Positions 46,452-55,267 of a stretch of DNA of 64,000 nucleotides are shown piece by piece. The translations under genes were made by a program, and so were the position numbers. Numbering within the stretch: position 1 is the stretch's first letter; each line of letters starts with the position of its first letter. The stretch lies in the IMG/VR virus record IMGVR_UViG_3300045988_115217; one strand, given 5' to 3'. A model generated the notes under the pieces. That model was not told the DNA's origin, ran no database searches, and saw only the letters and a list, made by a program, of their open reading frames with translations. Origin of the DNA: a virus.

Positions 46452-48380
46452 TTAAATTGATTTTATCTCCAATGGCTGTCCGTAGATGCATTGCAAGTAG
46501 ATAATCTGCTGCTCAACGGGCACGATGTGTTCTGCTGATTCCTTGCGGTCAACGAACAGAGGTACGAAGATATCTGAAGCCTTAGATATACCACTGATAA
46601 TATCAACGCCCATATCAATGACAGTTCCATCATTCGTATTATCGTAGTCAATACCATCTTTATCAATAGCGGTGCAGATTTCCTTCTCATCATCATTGGT
46701 CTTATTCTGCTCATAGAACTTCCAACGAATGAGTGAGAAGTATGAATTCACCTTTTGCTCAACAAGATTAATCTTTGCCTTCTTGTAAGCTTTGATTTGG
46801 CTGATAACTTCACCACAATCAGCGATAATCTGAGATAACTCAACAGAGCGATTATTGAGCTTTTCCTTCTCAGCATCAATACGCTTATTAGTCTCCTCAC
46901 CTGCGATTTGGTTAACTAATACATCACGCTGAGAAGTAAGGGTCTTCTTTTTCTCCTTATTCTCTTCGATTGTAGTATCAACCTTCGCAACAGGCTTACT
47001 TGCCTCAATATCGGCGAGTTCTTTATCAAAGACCACCTTTCCCGCAGCAGCTTCCCAAGTTTGGTTTTGCTTCTCTGTGCGCTCGTCAATTAACTTCTGA
47101 TACTCAGATTTGGCATTCTTTACCTTATCCTCATCTTGCGCCTTGGTAATCTGCTCATAGGTATTGATATTACCTTTGAGGATAGTCATCTGTTGCTTAA
47201 TCTGAGCAGCCTCATTCTGTAACTTCGTAAGTTTTTCAGATTTGTTCTTGTTAAACTCGGCAACGGCGTTTTCATACTCCTTTGCCTTCATTTCGTCCGT
47301 ATAAGGACGACCACAAACTGGACAAACATCTGTTTGCTTATAGTTAAATTCCTTTTCGTTAGCATTATTCCACTCTTTAATCTTGTTATTGAAATTAATA
47401 GTAACCTCTGCTAAAGAAATCTTATTCTTCTTATATGCCTCCATATTTGTAGTATATGCAGATTTAGCGTCATTAAGTTTCGTTGAAGCCGTAGAAATCT
47501 TCTTCGTAAACTCATCAATCGCCTTAATCTTAGTATCTTGCCACACTTTCTGCGCATTCGCAACCTTTACGTTATGTGCTTGCAATTTACTGAGGTAATC
47601 TTCCATAGCAGGGTCTTTTTCTGTCGTTCCTTCCAATGCCGCATCTATAGCAGCAATATCAGCATCAATCTTTGCTTTCTGTGCCTTGAGAGCAGTAAAA
47701 TCGGCATCAACTCTAAGAGCTTCTTGTGCTTGAACCTTTGCAGGTATTAAATTCAATTCCTCTTCTGCTTTTTTCTTTGTTGCCTTTTGCTGGATAAGCA
47801 TATCGGAGAGCTCTTTCTTTTCTTCAATTACGCCCTTATACACCATAGGATAAGGCTTCATCAATTCTTCCTCATTGATTTCGCCAGCCAGCGACATAAG
47901 CATTTTTCTGCGGTTATCAACCTTATAAGACATGAAGATGTTGATATTAGATAGAACGAGCCATTTATTGAGCGGACATAATTCTTCAAGTTTAGCGTTA
48001 AAATCTTTCTGAGAAAGAGGAACGTCATTGATAAGTCGCTCCTGTGTGGTACTTTGTAACTTCTCATCTGCTGTACCCTTATTCTTCCAATTCTCAGAAA
48101 GAATACGCTGTACCTTAACCTCTCGCTCATCATTGTAGTTAAGTACTACGGTGACAGAAGTTTCAAGATGATGAATAACATCATTATTAATATCAAGAGG
48201 TTGCACGGTGGCATTCTTCTTGCTAATAACACCGAAGATTGCCCAAAGATAGGCATCATAGATAGTAGTCTTGCCCACTTTATTTGCGCCACTAATAACC
48301 ATATTGTGGCTAAAGTTAATTTTTTGACTCCGAACCTTCTTAAAGTTCTGTAAAGTCATTGATTTGATTTCAATTTTCAT
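46452..48380 (-). CDS. SbcC/Rad50-like AAA ATPase
   Basis: P-loop GANKVGKTT, a long coiled coil with a CPVCGRPY hook-like motif, and a C-terminal Walker B-like PLFVDR. I place the start at MKIEIK (48380). Confidence 0.65.
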   Translation of the reverse strand: MKIEIKSMTLQNFKKVRSQKINFSHNMVISGANKVGKTTIYDAYLWAIFGVISKKNATVQPLDINNDVIHHLETSVTVVLNYNDEREVKVQRILSENWKNKGTADEKLQSTTQERLINDVPLSQKDFNAKLEELCPLNKWLVLSNINIFMSYKVDNRRKMLMSLAGEINEEELMKPYPMVYKGVIEEKKELSDMLIQQKATKKKAEEELNLIPAKVQAQEALRVDADFTALKAQKAKIDADIAAIDAALEGTTEKDPAMEDYLSKLQAHNVKVANAQKVWQDTKIKAIDEFTKKISTASTKLNDAKSAYTTNMEAYKKNKISLAEVTINFNNKIKEWNNANEKEFNYKQTDVCPVCGRPYTDEMKAKEYENAVAEFNKNKSEKLTKLQNEAAQIKQQMTILKGNINTYEQITKAQDEDKVKNAKSEYQKLIDERTEKQNQTWEAAAGKVVFDKELADIEASKPVAKVDTTIEENKEKKKTLTSQRDVLVNQIAGEETNKRIDAEKEKLNNRSVELSQIIADCGEVISQIKAYKKAKINLVEQKVNSYFSLIRWKFYEQNKTNDDEKEICTAIDKDGIDYDNTNDGTVIDMGVDIISGISKASDIFVPLFVDRKESAEHIVPVEQQIIYLQCIYGQPLEIKSI

Positions 48381-49047
48381 TGTTGTTATTATTAACGTTA
48401 AACGATTTGTATTCATTTCCAGCCTTAGAACCCATAAGCTTAATAGTCAATTTCTTGCGTATCTTGTTACAGATAGCATTAATGGTATTAACATCAGCTT
48501 TTACATTTTTCTTTAGCTCCTTATTTGTATTTTCTTCTATCTCTGATAACTTAGAAGCTCGCTCAGAGTCGAATTTTTGCAAAGCTTCCATAAGGTTCTG
48601 TGGATTGATAGTATCGCCTACATATATCTTTCCATAACCGCCTCCTATTAGCGATTCAAAAAAATAAGTAAGTTCGCTTGGTGATAGATAATAATAGATA
48701 TTTCTTATACGCCTTGCCATAAAAACGACCTGAATGCTGCTTATGGATTTATCAGCTCCAAGAAGCCTGAACGTGTCTAATAATTGAGCTTTGACCCATT
48801 TCAACGCAAGACCATCTTCGTACTTTTTATCTATCGACGCAAGGGAGTTTGTATCTTTAAGCGCAGATAATAAAGAAAGAATTGGCTCTTTACGTTCACT
48901 TATTAAAGGATAATAGGTATCTATCCATTCTTCAATATTAATCTGCGTTAAAGACCTCTGCTGCCTTTCTTGCAAAATCAAGCTCGGTTCGTTGCTGCTG
49001 CTGTTGTATTTCGTCATACTCTGAATAAATTTCGTCCTCCCAAGCAC
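48370..49047 (-). CDS. hypothetical protein (start uncertain)
   Basis: Long ORF. The first ~110 nt overlap the upstream gene, so the true start is probably internal. Confidence 0.4.
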   Translation of the reverse strand: MLGRTKFIQSMTKYNSSSNEPSLILQERQQRSLTQINIEEWIDTYYPLISERKEPILSLLSALKDTNSLASIDKKYEDGLALKWVKAQLLDTFRLLGADKSISSIQVVFMARRIRNIYYYLSPSELTYFFESLIGGGYGKIYVGDTINPQNLMEALQKFDSERASKLSEIEENTNKELKKNVKADVNTINAICNKIRKKLTIKLMGSKAGNEYKSFNVNNNNNEN

Positions 49048-49315
49048 GGGAATTTAAGTAAGTTAACGGGTGTTTTTGATACACCTTTTGTGTGATTGAT
49101 GCAACATATCGAGGTGTAGCAGCTATACAGGCGGCTCTATCCTTTTTCGTCATGTGCATCCATTTCTTTAAGCATTTCTGCTTACCGACACACTTACCAT
49201 ACATCCTCCACCAGTTTTCAAATTCTTCATTAATGACAGAAATTGATTGTGGAGGAATAATCTCGTAGCCTTCGGACTCTAATAATGTGATTGCGTTTTG
49301 TATCTCCTTTTCCAT
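48938..49315 (-). CDS. hypothetical protein (125 aa)
   Basis: ORF in the early minus operon. Confidence 0.45.
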   Translation of the reverse strand: MEKEIQNAITLLESEGYEIIPPQSISVINEEFENWWRMYGKCVGKQKCLKKWMHMTKKDRAACIAATPRYVASITQKVYQKHPLTYLNSRAWEDEIYSEYDEIQQQQQRTELDFARKAAEVFNAD

Positions 49316-49334
49316 ATTTACACCTTATTATATA

Positions 49335-49535
49335 TTATATATATTCTCCACCCCAAAATCGGGTAATCTCTGACCCTGCGATAGCAACTTTTCCGTTAGG
49401 TCTAACAACGCTATTAATAAAGCCACCTTTAATATAGCGATAAATAGTTGTTACACTAACTTGTAGTTTTTCCGCAGTCTCCTTAATTGTGTATCTACCT
49501 TTCGGCTTTACATCAGGCGGTTCATTTATCATCAT
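49335..49535 (-). CDS. HTH_17/excisionase-family DNA-binding protein
   Basis: YTIKETAEKLQVSVTTIYRYIKGG helix-turn-helix. Confidence 0.6.
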   Translation of the reverse strand: MMINEPPDVKPKGRYTIKETAEKLQVSVTTIYRYIKGGFINSVVRPNGKVAIAGSEITRFWGGEYI

Positions 49536-49710
49536 TACCTCCTTTCTCTCTGTTACGTTTAAGGATGCCGTACACAGCAGCCTCCGTTAAATAATTGAAG
49601 TCTCTCATTGTCCGCCGCACGGCTTCTGACTTCTTGACGCCACGCTTCATGTATTTATCAACTGACTGACAAACCATGCTCTCTTTAGCTTTTTGACTAC
49701 TTATAACCAT
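49522..49710 (-). CDS. small basic protein at the Cro position
   Basis: First gene transcribed divergently from the CI-like repressor. Confidence 0.4.
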   Translation of the reverse strand: MVISSQKAKESMVCQSVDKYMKRGVKKSEAVRRTMRDFNYLTEAAVYGILKRNREKGGNDDK

Positions 49711-49793
49711 ATTTAACTATTGTATTATATATAAATTAATATATTATTATTAACTTTGCCACCGATAAAGCGGTTATGATTTTAATCACACCG

Positions 49794-49836
49794 CAAAATT
49801 AATAATTTCTTTTCAGATTCTATTAGTTTTCTATTA
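49794..49836. promoter_or_regulatory. genetic-switch region: minus-strand -7 box plus two TCTATTA boxes
   Basis: Reverse complement of 49794-49801 is TAATTTTG. TCTATTA at 49819-49825 and 49830-49836, spaced 11 bp. Confidence 0.5.
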
Positions 49837-49863
49837 ATTTTTATATTATTTTAAATATTAATT

Positions 49864-50499
49864 ATGAGTACACTGTTAGAAAGAGCGAAAATGGTCGCTA
49901 AATACAAGAGAATGTCGCTTGCCCAGTTGCAAGAGAATATAGGTTTGAGTGTAGGGCACTTCTACAATATTAAATATTTATCTCGCAAGGTAATAAGACT
50001 ATTTGAAGAAAATTACCCTGAGATAAATACGGAATGGTTGGCAAATGGCAAAGGAGAAATGCTCAATACCAACTCTACTACCATACTCGCAACAGAAACC
50101 AAAACCTACAAAGTACCTCTGTTGCCTATTGCAGCACAGGGAGGAACGCCTGATAATTTTGAATGTCAGGTATCAAGACATGATTGTGAAATGATAATGT
50201 CTCCTATAGAAAATGTTGATTTGGCTATCTCTATCACTGGAGATAGTATGTCGCCTGAATATCCAAACGGCAGTAAAGTGATGGTGCAGAAAATAAACGA
50301 AAAGGCTTTTATCGAGTGGGGATGTACTTATGTACTCGACACCGTAAACGGTGCTATTATAAAGAATGTATATCAGTGCAAGGATGATGAGTCTAAAATA
50401 ATCTGTCGCTCCGTAAATCCTAACTTTACAGACTTTATCGTAGATATATCAGATATTAGAGGATGGTATAGAGTGCGTTGTTGTATAACCATAAAATAG
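49864..50499 (+). CDS. CI/LexA-like repressor with an S24 peptidase domain
   Basis: N-terminal HTH (MSLAQLQENIGLSVGHFYNIK) and C-terminal GDSMSPEYPNGSKVMV with a downstream Lys. Confidence 0.8.
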   Translation: MSTLLERAKMVAKYKRMSLAQLQENIGLSVGHFYNIKYLSRKVIRLFEENYPEINTEWLANGKGEMLNTNSTTILATETKTYKVPLLPIAAQGGTPDNFECQVSRHDCEMIMSPIENVDLAISITGDSMSPEYPNGSKVMVQKINEKAFIEWGCTYVLDTVNGAIIKNVYQCKDDESKIICRSVNPNFTDFIVDISDIRGWYRVRCCITIK

Positions 50500-50514
50500 C
50501 GTTAAAATACGTAA

Positions 50515-50755
50515 AACGTGCAAATTTCGTGCAAAGCCACTTTTAAGAAATCGCTAACTATCTGATATTAAACAAGATATGTTTGCTTATATAGATTTTG
50601 TTGGCGTATTATAGAAATATTATATATATTTCAAGGAATACCTATTTTTAAAGGCTATATATGCCATTAAATAGGTGTTTTAAGTATTGTTTGATTTTTA
50701 TAATCTAACGAAAAAATGCTTTACGTTTCAAATAACGTGCAAATTTCGTGCAAAG
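50515..50755 (+). repeat. 22-bp perfect direct repeat pair (candidate attP arm or operator sites)
   Basis: AACGTGCAAATTTCGTGCAAAG occurs at 50515-50536 and 50734-50755. Each copy contains CGTGCAAA twice. Confidence 0.6.
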
Positions 50756-50770
50756 ATAGGAGATACAATA

Positions 50771-51946
50771 ATGATAAAGGTTTCAATAAAACTCGACAAA
50801 AGAAGAAGGCTTAACAATGGGAAATACCCATTAAAGTTTAAGGTTGCCCGAAAAAATAGCGCAATATACATTGCTACTGGCTACGAGCTTAAAGAAGAAG
50901 ATTGGGATGCGAAGAACGAGAAAATTAAAAATCTCCCCGACAAAAGACTCCTTAATATTAAATTAGGGAAACGCTTATCTGAGATTAATGAAAAGGTTAT
51001 TGATTTGCAGGCAGAGGGTAAATTGCGTTATTTTACGAATAAAAAATTATCCTTATACCTCTCTAACGAAGAAGATAAGAAAGAATACGAAAGCCATCTT
51101 TTTAAAACTCAGATGAAGGATTTTCTATCACAGAAAGAAGCAAAAAATACAATCTATATTTACTTGGGAACAGAAAACAAAATTAAAAAATTCTGTGATT
51201 ATGATACGCTAAGAATAGAAGATATAGATATTGAGTGGATAGATAATTTCTGTAACTTTTTAAAAAAAGATAATACAAAGAATACGATTGCAGCACGATT
51301 AAGAAATATTCGTGCTGTTATCAATTTCGCAAGAAAGAGAGGATTGATAAAAGATTATGTATTTAGTCTATATTCAATAAAGATGGAAGAAACACAAAAA
51401 CGCTCTTTGACTGTTGAACATCTAAGAATATTGCATGATGCAAAGCTGCCGTCAATACGTTCTAAACATCGTGACATATTCTTTCTTATTTTTTATCTTA
51501 TGGGTATTAATATCAAAGACCTCTCAGAATTAAAAAAAATTGAGGATGGAAGAATAATCTATCGCCGCTCTAAAACAGGAACGCTCTATAATATTAAGGT
51601 AGAACCAGAAGCAATGGAGATTATTGAACGATACAGAGGTACAGAACATTTAATAAAGCAGTTCGATAAAAATGTATCATATCTAAGTTTTATTCAATCA
51701 ATTAATCATAGTCTTAAGGAAATCTGCAAAAATATAGGAATACCCGAAGTGACGACATATTGGGCAAGACATACCTTTGCGACTATTGCCTACGAGATAG
51801 GAATCAGCATGGACGTTATCGCTGACTGTCTCGGTCATAAGAGTGCGCACAGGATAACCTCTATATATGTACGCAAAGACCAAAATCTTATTGATGAAGC
51901 TAATCGGAAGGTTATTGATTATGTTCTATATAATAAGAAGGGGTAG
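50771..51946 (+). CDS. int: tyrosine recombinase/integrase
   Basis: Bacteroidota-type N-terminal arm-binding segment (MIKVSIKLDKRRR...). C-terminal ARHTFAT...LGH...IYV catalytic pattern. ATG 50771 is preceded by ATAGGAGATAC. Confidence 0.9.
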   Translation: MIKVSIKLDKRRRLNNGKYPLKFKVARKNSAIYIATGYELKEEDWDAKNEKIKNLPDKRLLNIKLGKRLSEINEKVIDLQAEGKLRYFTNKKLSLYLSNEEDKKEYESHLFKTQMKDFLSQKEAKNTIYIYLGTENKIKKFCDYDTLRIEDIDIEWIDNFCNFLKKDNTKNTIAARLRNIRAVINFARKRGLIKDYVFSLYSIKMEETQKRSLTVEHLRILHDAKLPSIRSKHRDIFFLIFYLMGINIKDLSELKKIEDGRIIYRRSKTGTLYNIKVEPEAMEIIERYRGTEHLIKQFDKNVSYLSFIQSINHSLKEICKNIGIPEVTTYWARHTFATIAYEIGISMDVIADCLGHKSAHRITSIYVRKDQNLIDEANRKVIDYVLYNKKG

Positions 51947-51970
51947 AGCTTTCGCCCTACCCTTTCTTGT
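51941..51970 (+). terminator. hairpin after int
   Basis: GGGTAG / CTACCC stem followed by TTTCTT. Confidence 0.4.
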
Positions 51971-51982
51971 AATATATAATGA

Positions 51983-52213
51983 CTATTTCTTACCTCTTTT
52001 TCTTCTTGCTTCTATTCGGATAGGAAAATAATTCTGAATCCTACCATCTATATTTACAAAACAGTAGTCTATCCATTTGGTGCTATAATCTCCAAGCAAA
52101 GACTTTACGGAATATCGGATTATCTTAGCCTTGCGCTTGAACTTATAACCTTGGCTCTCCCAATAAGGACGAGCCTTCTTCATTTGCTTCTTAGCGTGCC
52201 TAATACTATTCAT
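51983..52213 (-). CDS. hypothetical basic protein (76 aa)
   Basis: ORF at the end of the minus operon. Confidence 0.4.
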   Translation of the reverse strand: MNSIRHAKKQMKKARPYWESQGYKFKRKAKIIRYSVKSLLGDYSTKWIDYCFVNIDGRIQNYFPIRIEARRKRGKK

Positions 52214-52226
52214 ACACTATACATAT

Positions 52227-52622
52227 TTAATCATTCTTTTTAAACTTCTCAAAATAGAATACTATAGGCTTGTTAAAAGCAGGGTTGAGCAGACCATAAG
52301 CGATACTCATGCTTACCTGAAACTTTGCAGCACCTTTAAGCAAACCTTTCGCCTGTTCCTTGATAGCTTCACGGAATTGCCCTATACTCATATCTCGCTT
52401 TCGAAAGTTACAAGCTCGGCAAGAAGGCATATAATTCTCCATGCTATCCTCACCATGAGAAACGATATACTTACCTTCTTTATCACTCCAACGTGAATAG
52501 TTTCCACGATTCTTAGGAATAAAATGGTCGATTTGCATATCTTCGAGTTTTATTTCTCTTCCGCAGTATGCGCAATGATGGTCGTATTTCTCCCAAACTT
52601 TGATTCTATCTTCCTTCTTCAT
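52227..52622 (-). CDS. HNH endonuclease
   Basis: HHCAYCG...DHFIPKN...CRACNFRK (HNH/Cys-box). Confidence 0.75.
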   Translation of the reverse strand: MKKEDRIKVWEKYDHHCAYCGREIKLEDMQIDHFIPKNRGNYSRWSDKEGKYIVSHGEDSMENYMPSCRACNFRKRDMSIGQFREAIKEQAKGLLKGAAKFQVSMSIAYGLLNPAFNKPIVFYFEKFKKND

Positions 52623-52625
52623 AAC

Positions 52626-52997
52626 TTATTTCAGTTCGTCAAAATCAAGCCACTCTATCTTATCGTAGCACTCGTACAGAACTTCAATACGCTGTGTTCC
52701 GTCTCCTCTTGTGACAATCCATACATCATCACTCATTGCTCCGTAGTGAAGAGCCGTAGGATTTACGCCATCTCCACTATATCGGAACATTACCCACTTT
52801 TTAAATGGTGGCTTCTCTTCCTTTAGGTCGTGCCATAATGATGCAGCATTCACGTAAGGAACGTTTTTTGTATTGCAATCGGTAACACCAATCTTTTCTG
52901 TACTGAACGTTACCCCGTTCAGCTCATTGTAATCTACCTCATCTTCATTACTACAGATATTGAGATAAATCTTCTTTGGTAAATTCTTTACTTTCAT
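52626..52997 (-). CDS. hypothetical protein, DUF551-like
   Basis: LWHDLKEEKPP motif. A similar LWHPNTEEPD is seen in 56699-57079. Confidence 0.4.
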   Translation of the reverse strand: MKVKNLPKKIYLNICSNEDEVDYNELNGVTFSTEKIGVTDCNTKNVPYVNAASLWHDLKEEKPPFKKWVMFRYSGDGVNPTALHYGAMSDDVWIVTRGDGTQRIEVLYECYDKIEWLDFDELK

Positions 52998-53030
52998 ATC
53001 ACTTAAATTTGATGATAAAAAACTCGGTAT

Positions 53031-53258
53031 CTATCCATTTATCCAAGCAACGTAGTTTGCGTCGGCAAGTCTATATGATACATACCCATTATCTACAACC
53101 ACGTTGGGTGTAAACTTACGAATCCACCCAGTCTCATCCTTGAAACCAAGAATTAGATACTTATCACCACAATATCCTGCTAAAAAAGCACCAATCTCTT
53201 CGCCTTTATAACAAGCGACCTTACCATGATGCTGTTCATAAATCTCTTTCAGTGTCAT
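53031..53258 (-). CDS. hypothetical protein (75 aa)
   Basis: ORF in a packed operon. Confidence 0.4.
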   Translation of the reverse strand: MTLKEIYEQHHGKVACYKGEEIGAFLAGYCGDKYLILGFKDETGWIRKFTPNVVVDNGYVSYRLADANYVAWING

Positions 53259-53261
53259 ACG

Positions 53262-53612
53262 CTACTTAAACTTAATTATAAAAAACTCAGTATCAAGCCA
53301 CTTATCGGGGCAAAGACCTTTTTTAGGCTTGCCGATGGTGATACTCTCAATCTCCTTCTCAATTCGTGGACTATCCTTGCGGTAGCCGTTTATGAAGAGA
53401 ACGTGGGTGTAGGTTTTGTGTTCCAGCTTACCTATCACGCGACAATAACCGCCAAACTCATCGAAAAGCACCTCACCGCTTTCGGCTTGTTGGTTTACCA
53501 GTCGGGAAGCCCAATATGGCTTAATCTCCCGATACTCCTCGGTCTTTTCGCCAGCCACAATCATGTCGAACCATTGCTTGCTGACGTTGAGGGTCAATAT
53601 TTTCTTCTCCAT
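53262..53612 (-). CDS. ASCH-domain-like protein
   Basis: LTLNVSKQWFDMIVAGEKTEEYREIKPYW resembles the ASCH/PUA-like N-terminus. Confidence 0.45.
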   Translation of the reverse strand: MEKKILTLNVSKQWFDMIVAGEKTEEYREIKPYWASRLVNQQAESGEVLFDEFGGYCRVIGKLEHKTYTHVLFINGYRKDSPRIEKEIESITIGKPKKGLCPDKWLDTEFFIIKFK

Positions 53613-53614
53613 CT

Positions 53615-53809
53615 TTACACCTCCTCCCAGTCTGTTGCAAGTATATCCTCAGAGAGCATTCTTTCTTCCTTGTATATATGATGCCCATAATGATAGAATA
53701 TTCCTTCCTCGTCAATACCAAACGGATAAAGCCCATTTTCACGCTTTACGAGCTTTCCTTTTCTCATACGCTTTAAAGCCTCCGAGAAGTCAAATGTTTG
53801 CTTGCTCAT
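53615..53809 (-). CDS. DUF2829 (Tad2-like) protein
   Basis: FDFSEALKRMRKGKLVKR N-terminus and SEDILATDWEEV C-terminus match the DUF2829 ends. Confidence 0.5.
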   Translation of the reverse strand: MSKQTFDFSEALKRMRKGKLVKRENGLYPFGIDEEGIFYHYGHHIYKEERMLSEDILATDWEEV

Positions 53810-53811
53810 AA

Positions 53812-53976
53812 CTACTTGTATTTATATCTGTATCTTACATCTTGGAGAATGTAATACACATCATTAAACATATTGCCCATTGCCTTCCAAAGAAGGTTGT
53901 GCTGAGTAGCACCACTCTTATTGTACTCATCAAGCTGACTAAATGCTTGATTTAAATATTCCTTAATTTTGCTCAT
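53812..53976 (-). CDS. small hypothetical protein (54 aa)
   Basis: Hand translation gives MSKIKEYLNQAFSQLDEYNK... Confidence 0.3.
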   Translation of the reverse strand: MSKIKEYLNQAFSQLDEYNKSGATQHNLLWKAMGNMFNDVYYILQDVRYRYKYK

Positions 53977-53979
53977 TGT

Positions 53980-54138
53980 TTATCTTATTGCTTTTAATCT
54001 TCTAATTAGAATGTTTGCACAATTTATGGAAAGTGATACGGCAGCCTCAATTTTGTATATTTCTGTCTTGTTTAAAATAGTAGGCAAAATCTCTTTCGCA
54101 ATCTCATATCTGCGCTGCTCCCAATCTATTGTTTTCAT
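53980..54138 (-). CDS. small hypothetical protein (52 aa)
   Basis: Hand translation gives MKTIDWEQRRYEIAKEILPT... Confidence 0.3.
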   Translation of the reverse strand: MKTIDWEQRRYEIAKEILPTILNKTEIYKIEAAVSLSINCANILIRRLKAIR

Positions 54139-54186
54139 ATTCTCTTCTTTTTACCCTCTCCCTGTTGCCAAGGAGAGGATGGTTAG

Positions 54187-55251
54187 TTACTCATTAACTT
54201 CAACAAACTTCCCGTTTCTAAGTTGATACCAAGTATCAGCCTTGATGTTTTCTCCGTCAACGTACTCTGTCTTAACGCATACTGGAACATTATGATTTTT
54301 CTCATCGCTCCATTTCCACTCTGCCAGCGTTATCCATGAGCCTACCTTTGCTTTGGCTTTGGATTTGTTTCCAGCACACATAATAACGGAATCTTCTCCA
54401 GTGCTATCAATCTTAGCATAGTCACCGCTTGAACCAATCTGAGCATAGTCACCGCTTGAACCAATCTGAGCATAGTCACCGCTTGAACCAATCTGAGCAG
54501 AGTCACCGCTTGAACCAATCTGAGCAGAGTTACCGCTTGAACCAATCTTAGCATAGTCACCGCTTGAACCAATCTTAGCAGAGTTACCGCTTGAACCAAT
54601 CTTAGCATAGTAACCGCTTGAACCAATCTGAGCATAGTCACCGCTTGAACCAATCTTAGCATAGTCACCGCTTGAACCAATCTTAGCAGAGTTACCGCTT
54701 GAACCAATCTTAGCATAGTTACCGCTTGAACCAATCTTAGCATAGTTACCGCTTGAACCAATCTGAGCATAGTCACCGCTTGAACCAATCTTAGCATAGT
54801 AACCGCTTGAACCAATCTTAGCAGAGTTACCGCTTGAACCAATCTGAGCATAGTCACCGCTTGAACCAATCTTAGCAGAGTTACCGCTACTGCTCAACGC
54901 ATCATCTGTCTTTACTTTAGATGGTGAGGTAATATCTTTCAGCCACTCGACACCAACCTTAATGATGTCTGCCAGCTTCAACTCAGCCTTAATCTTGATA
55001 TGCGAAGAACAAACCTTTGTCGAATTTTCTTCTTCTTCAATCTTGCCAGACTGTTCTACCTCTGCATAGCGAGAGTTAAGCATATCGTAGTACTCCCACA
55101 CTTCAATTGGAGACTTGCAAGCGTGGTAACCTCGGTTACAACACTTGATTTCTCCGTCCATTTCATACTCTTTTCCAACTTCGTACTGGAAATTACGGCA
55201 TTGCATATTCTTGTCGAAAGCCTTGTACGAGGTGATAACTTTTTCACTCAT
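54187..55251 (-). CDS. repeat protein: Cys-containing N-domain + 18 x 9-aa SSGxxAxIG repeats + C-domain
   Basis: The long ORF is consistent across the repeat. N-terminal YKAFDKNMQCRNFQYEVGKEY...CCNRGYHAC. Confidence 0.7.
   Translation of the reverse strand: MSEKVITSYKAFDKNMQCRNFQYEVGKEYEMDGEIKCCNRGYHACKSPIEVWEYYDMLNSRYAEVEQSGKIEEEENSTKVCSSHIKIKAELKLADIIKVGVEWLKDITSPSKVKTDDALSSSGNSAKIGSSGDYAQIGSSGNSAKIGSSGYYAKIGSSGDYAQIGSSGNYAKIGSSGNYAKIGSSGNSAKIGSSGDYAKIGSSGDYAQIGSSGYYAKIGSSGNSAKIGSSGDYAKIGSSGNSAQIGSSGDSAQIGSSGDYAQIGSSGDYAQIGSSGDYAKIDSTGEDSVIMCAGNKSKAKAKVGSWITLAEWKWSDEKNHNVPVCVKTEYVDGENIKADTWYQLRNGKFVEVNE
54406..54891 (-). repeat. 18 tandem 27-bp coding repeats
   Basis: The unit AGCATAGTCACCGCTTGAACCAATCTK is repeated head-to-tail. 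Variation is confined to three codons (D/N/Y, Y/S, K/Q). Confidence 0.9.
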
Positions 55252-55267
55252 ATTACTATCTGATTAG

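Noticed and set aside
50687-50770. TTG-initiated N-terminal extension of the integrase
   Set aside because: ATG 50771 is preceded by the ATAGGAGATAC cassette and begins the typical MIKVSIKLDKRRR integrase N-terminus. The extension also covers the 22-bp repeat.
54342-54869. Track ORF encoding MVQAVTMLRLVQAVT...
   Set aside because: This is an alternative frame of the tandem repeat inside the better-supported ORF 54187-55251. It is a repeat-induced artefact.
54406-54891. CRISPR-like array, from regularly spaced short repeats
   Set aside because: The repeats are contiguous 27-bp units with no spacers, and they lie in frame inside a long ORF.
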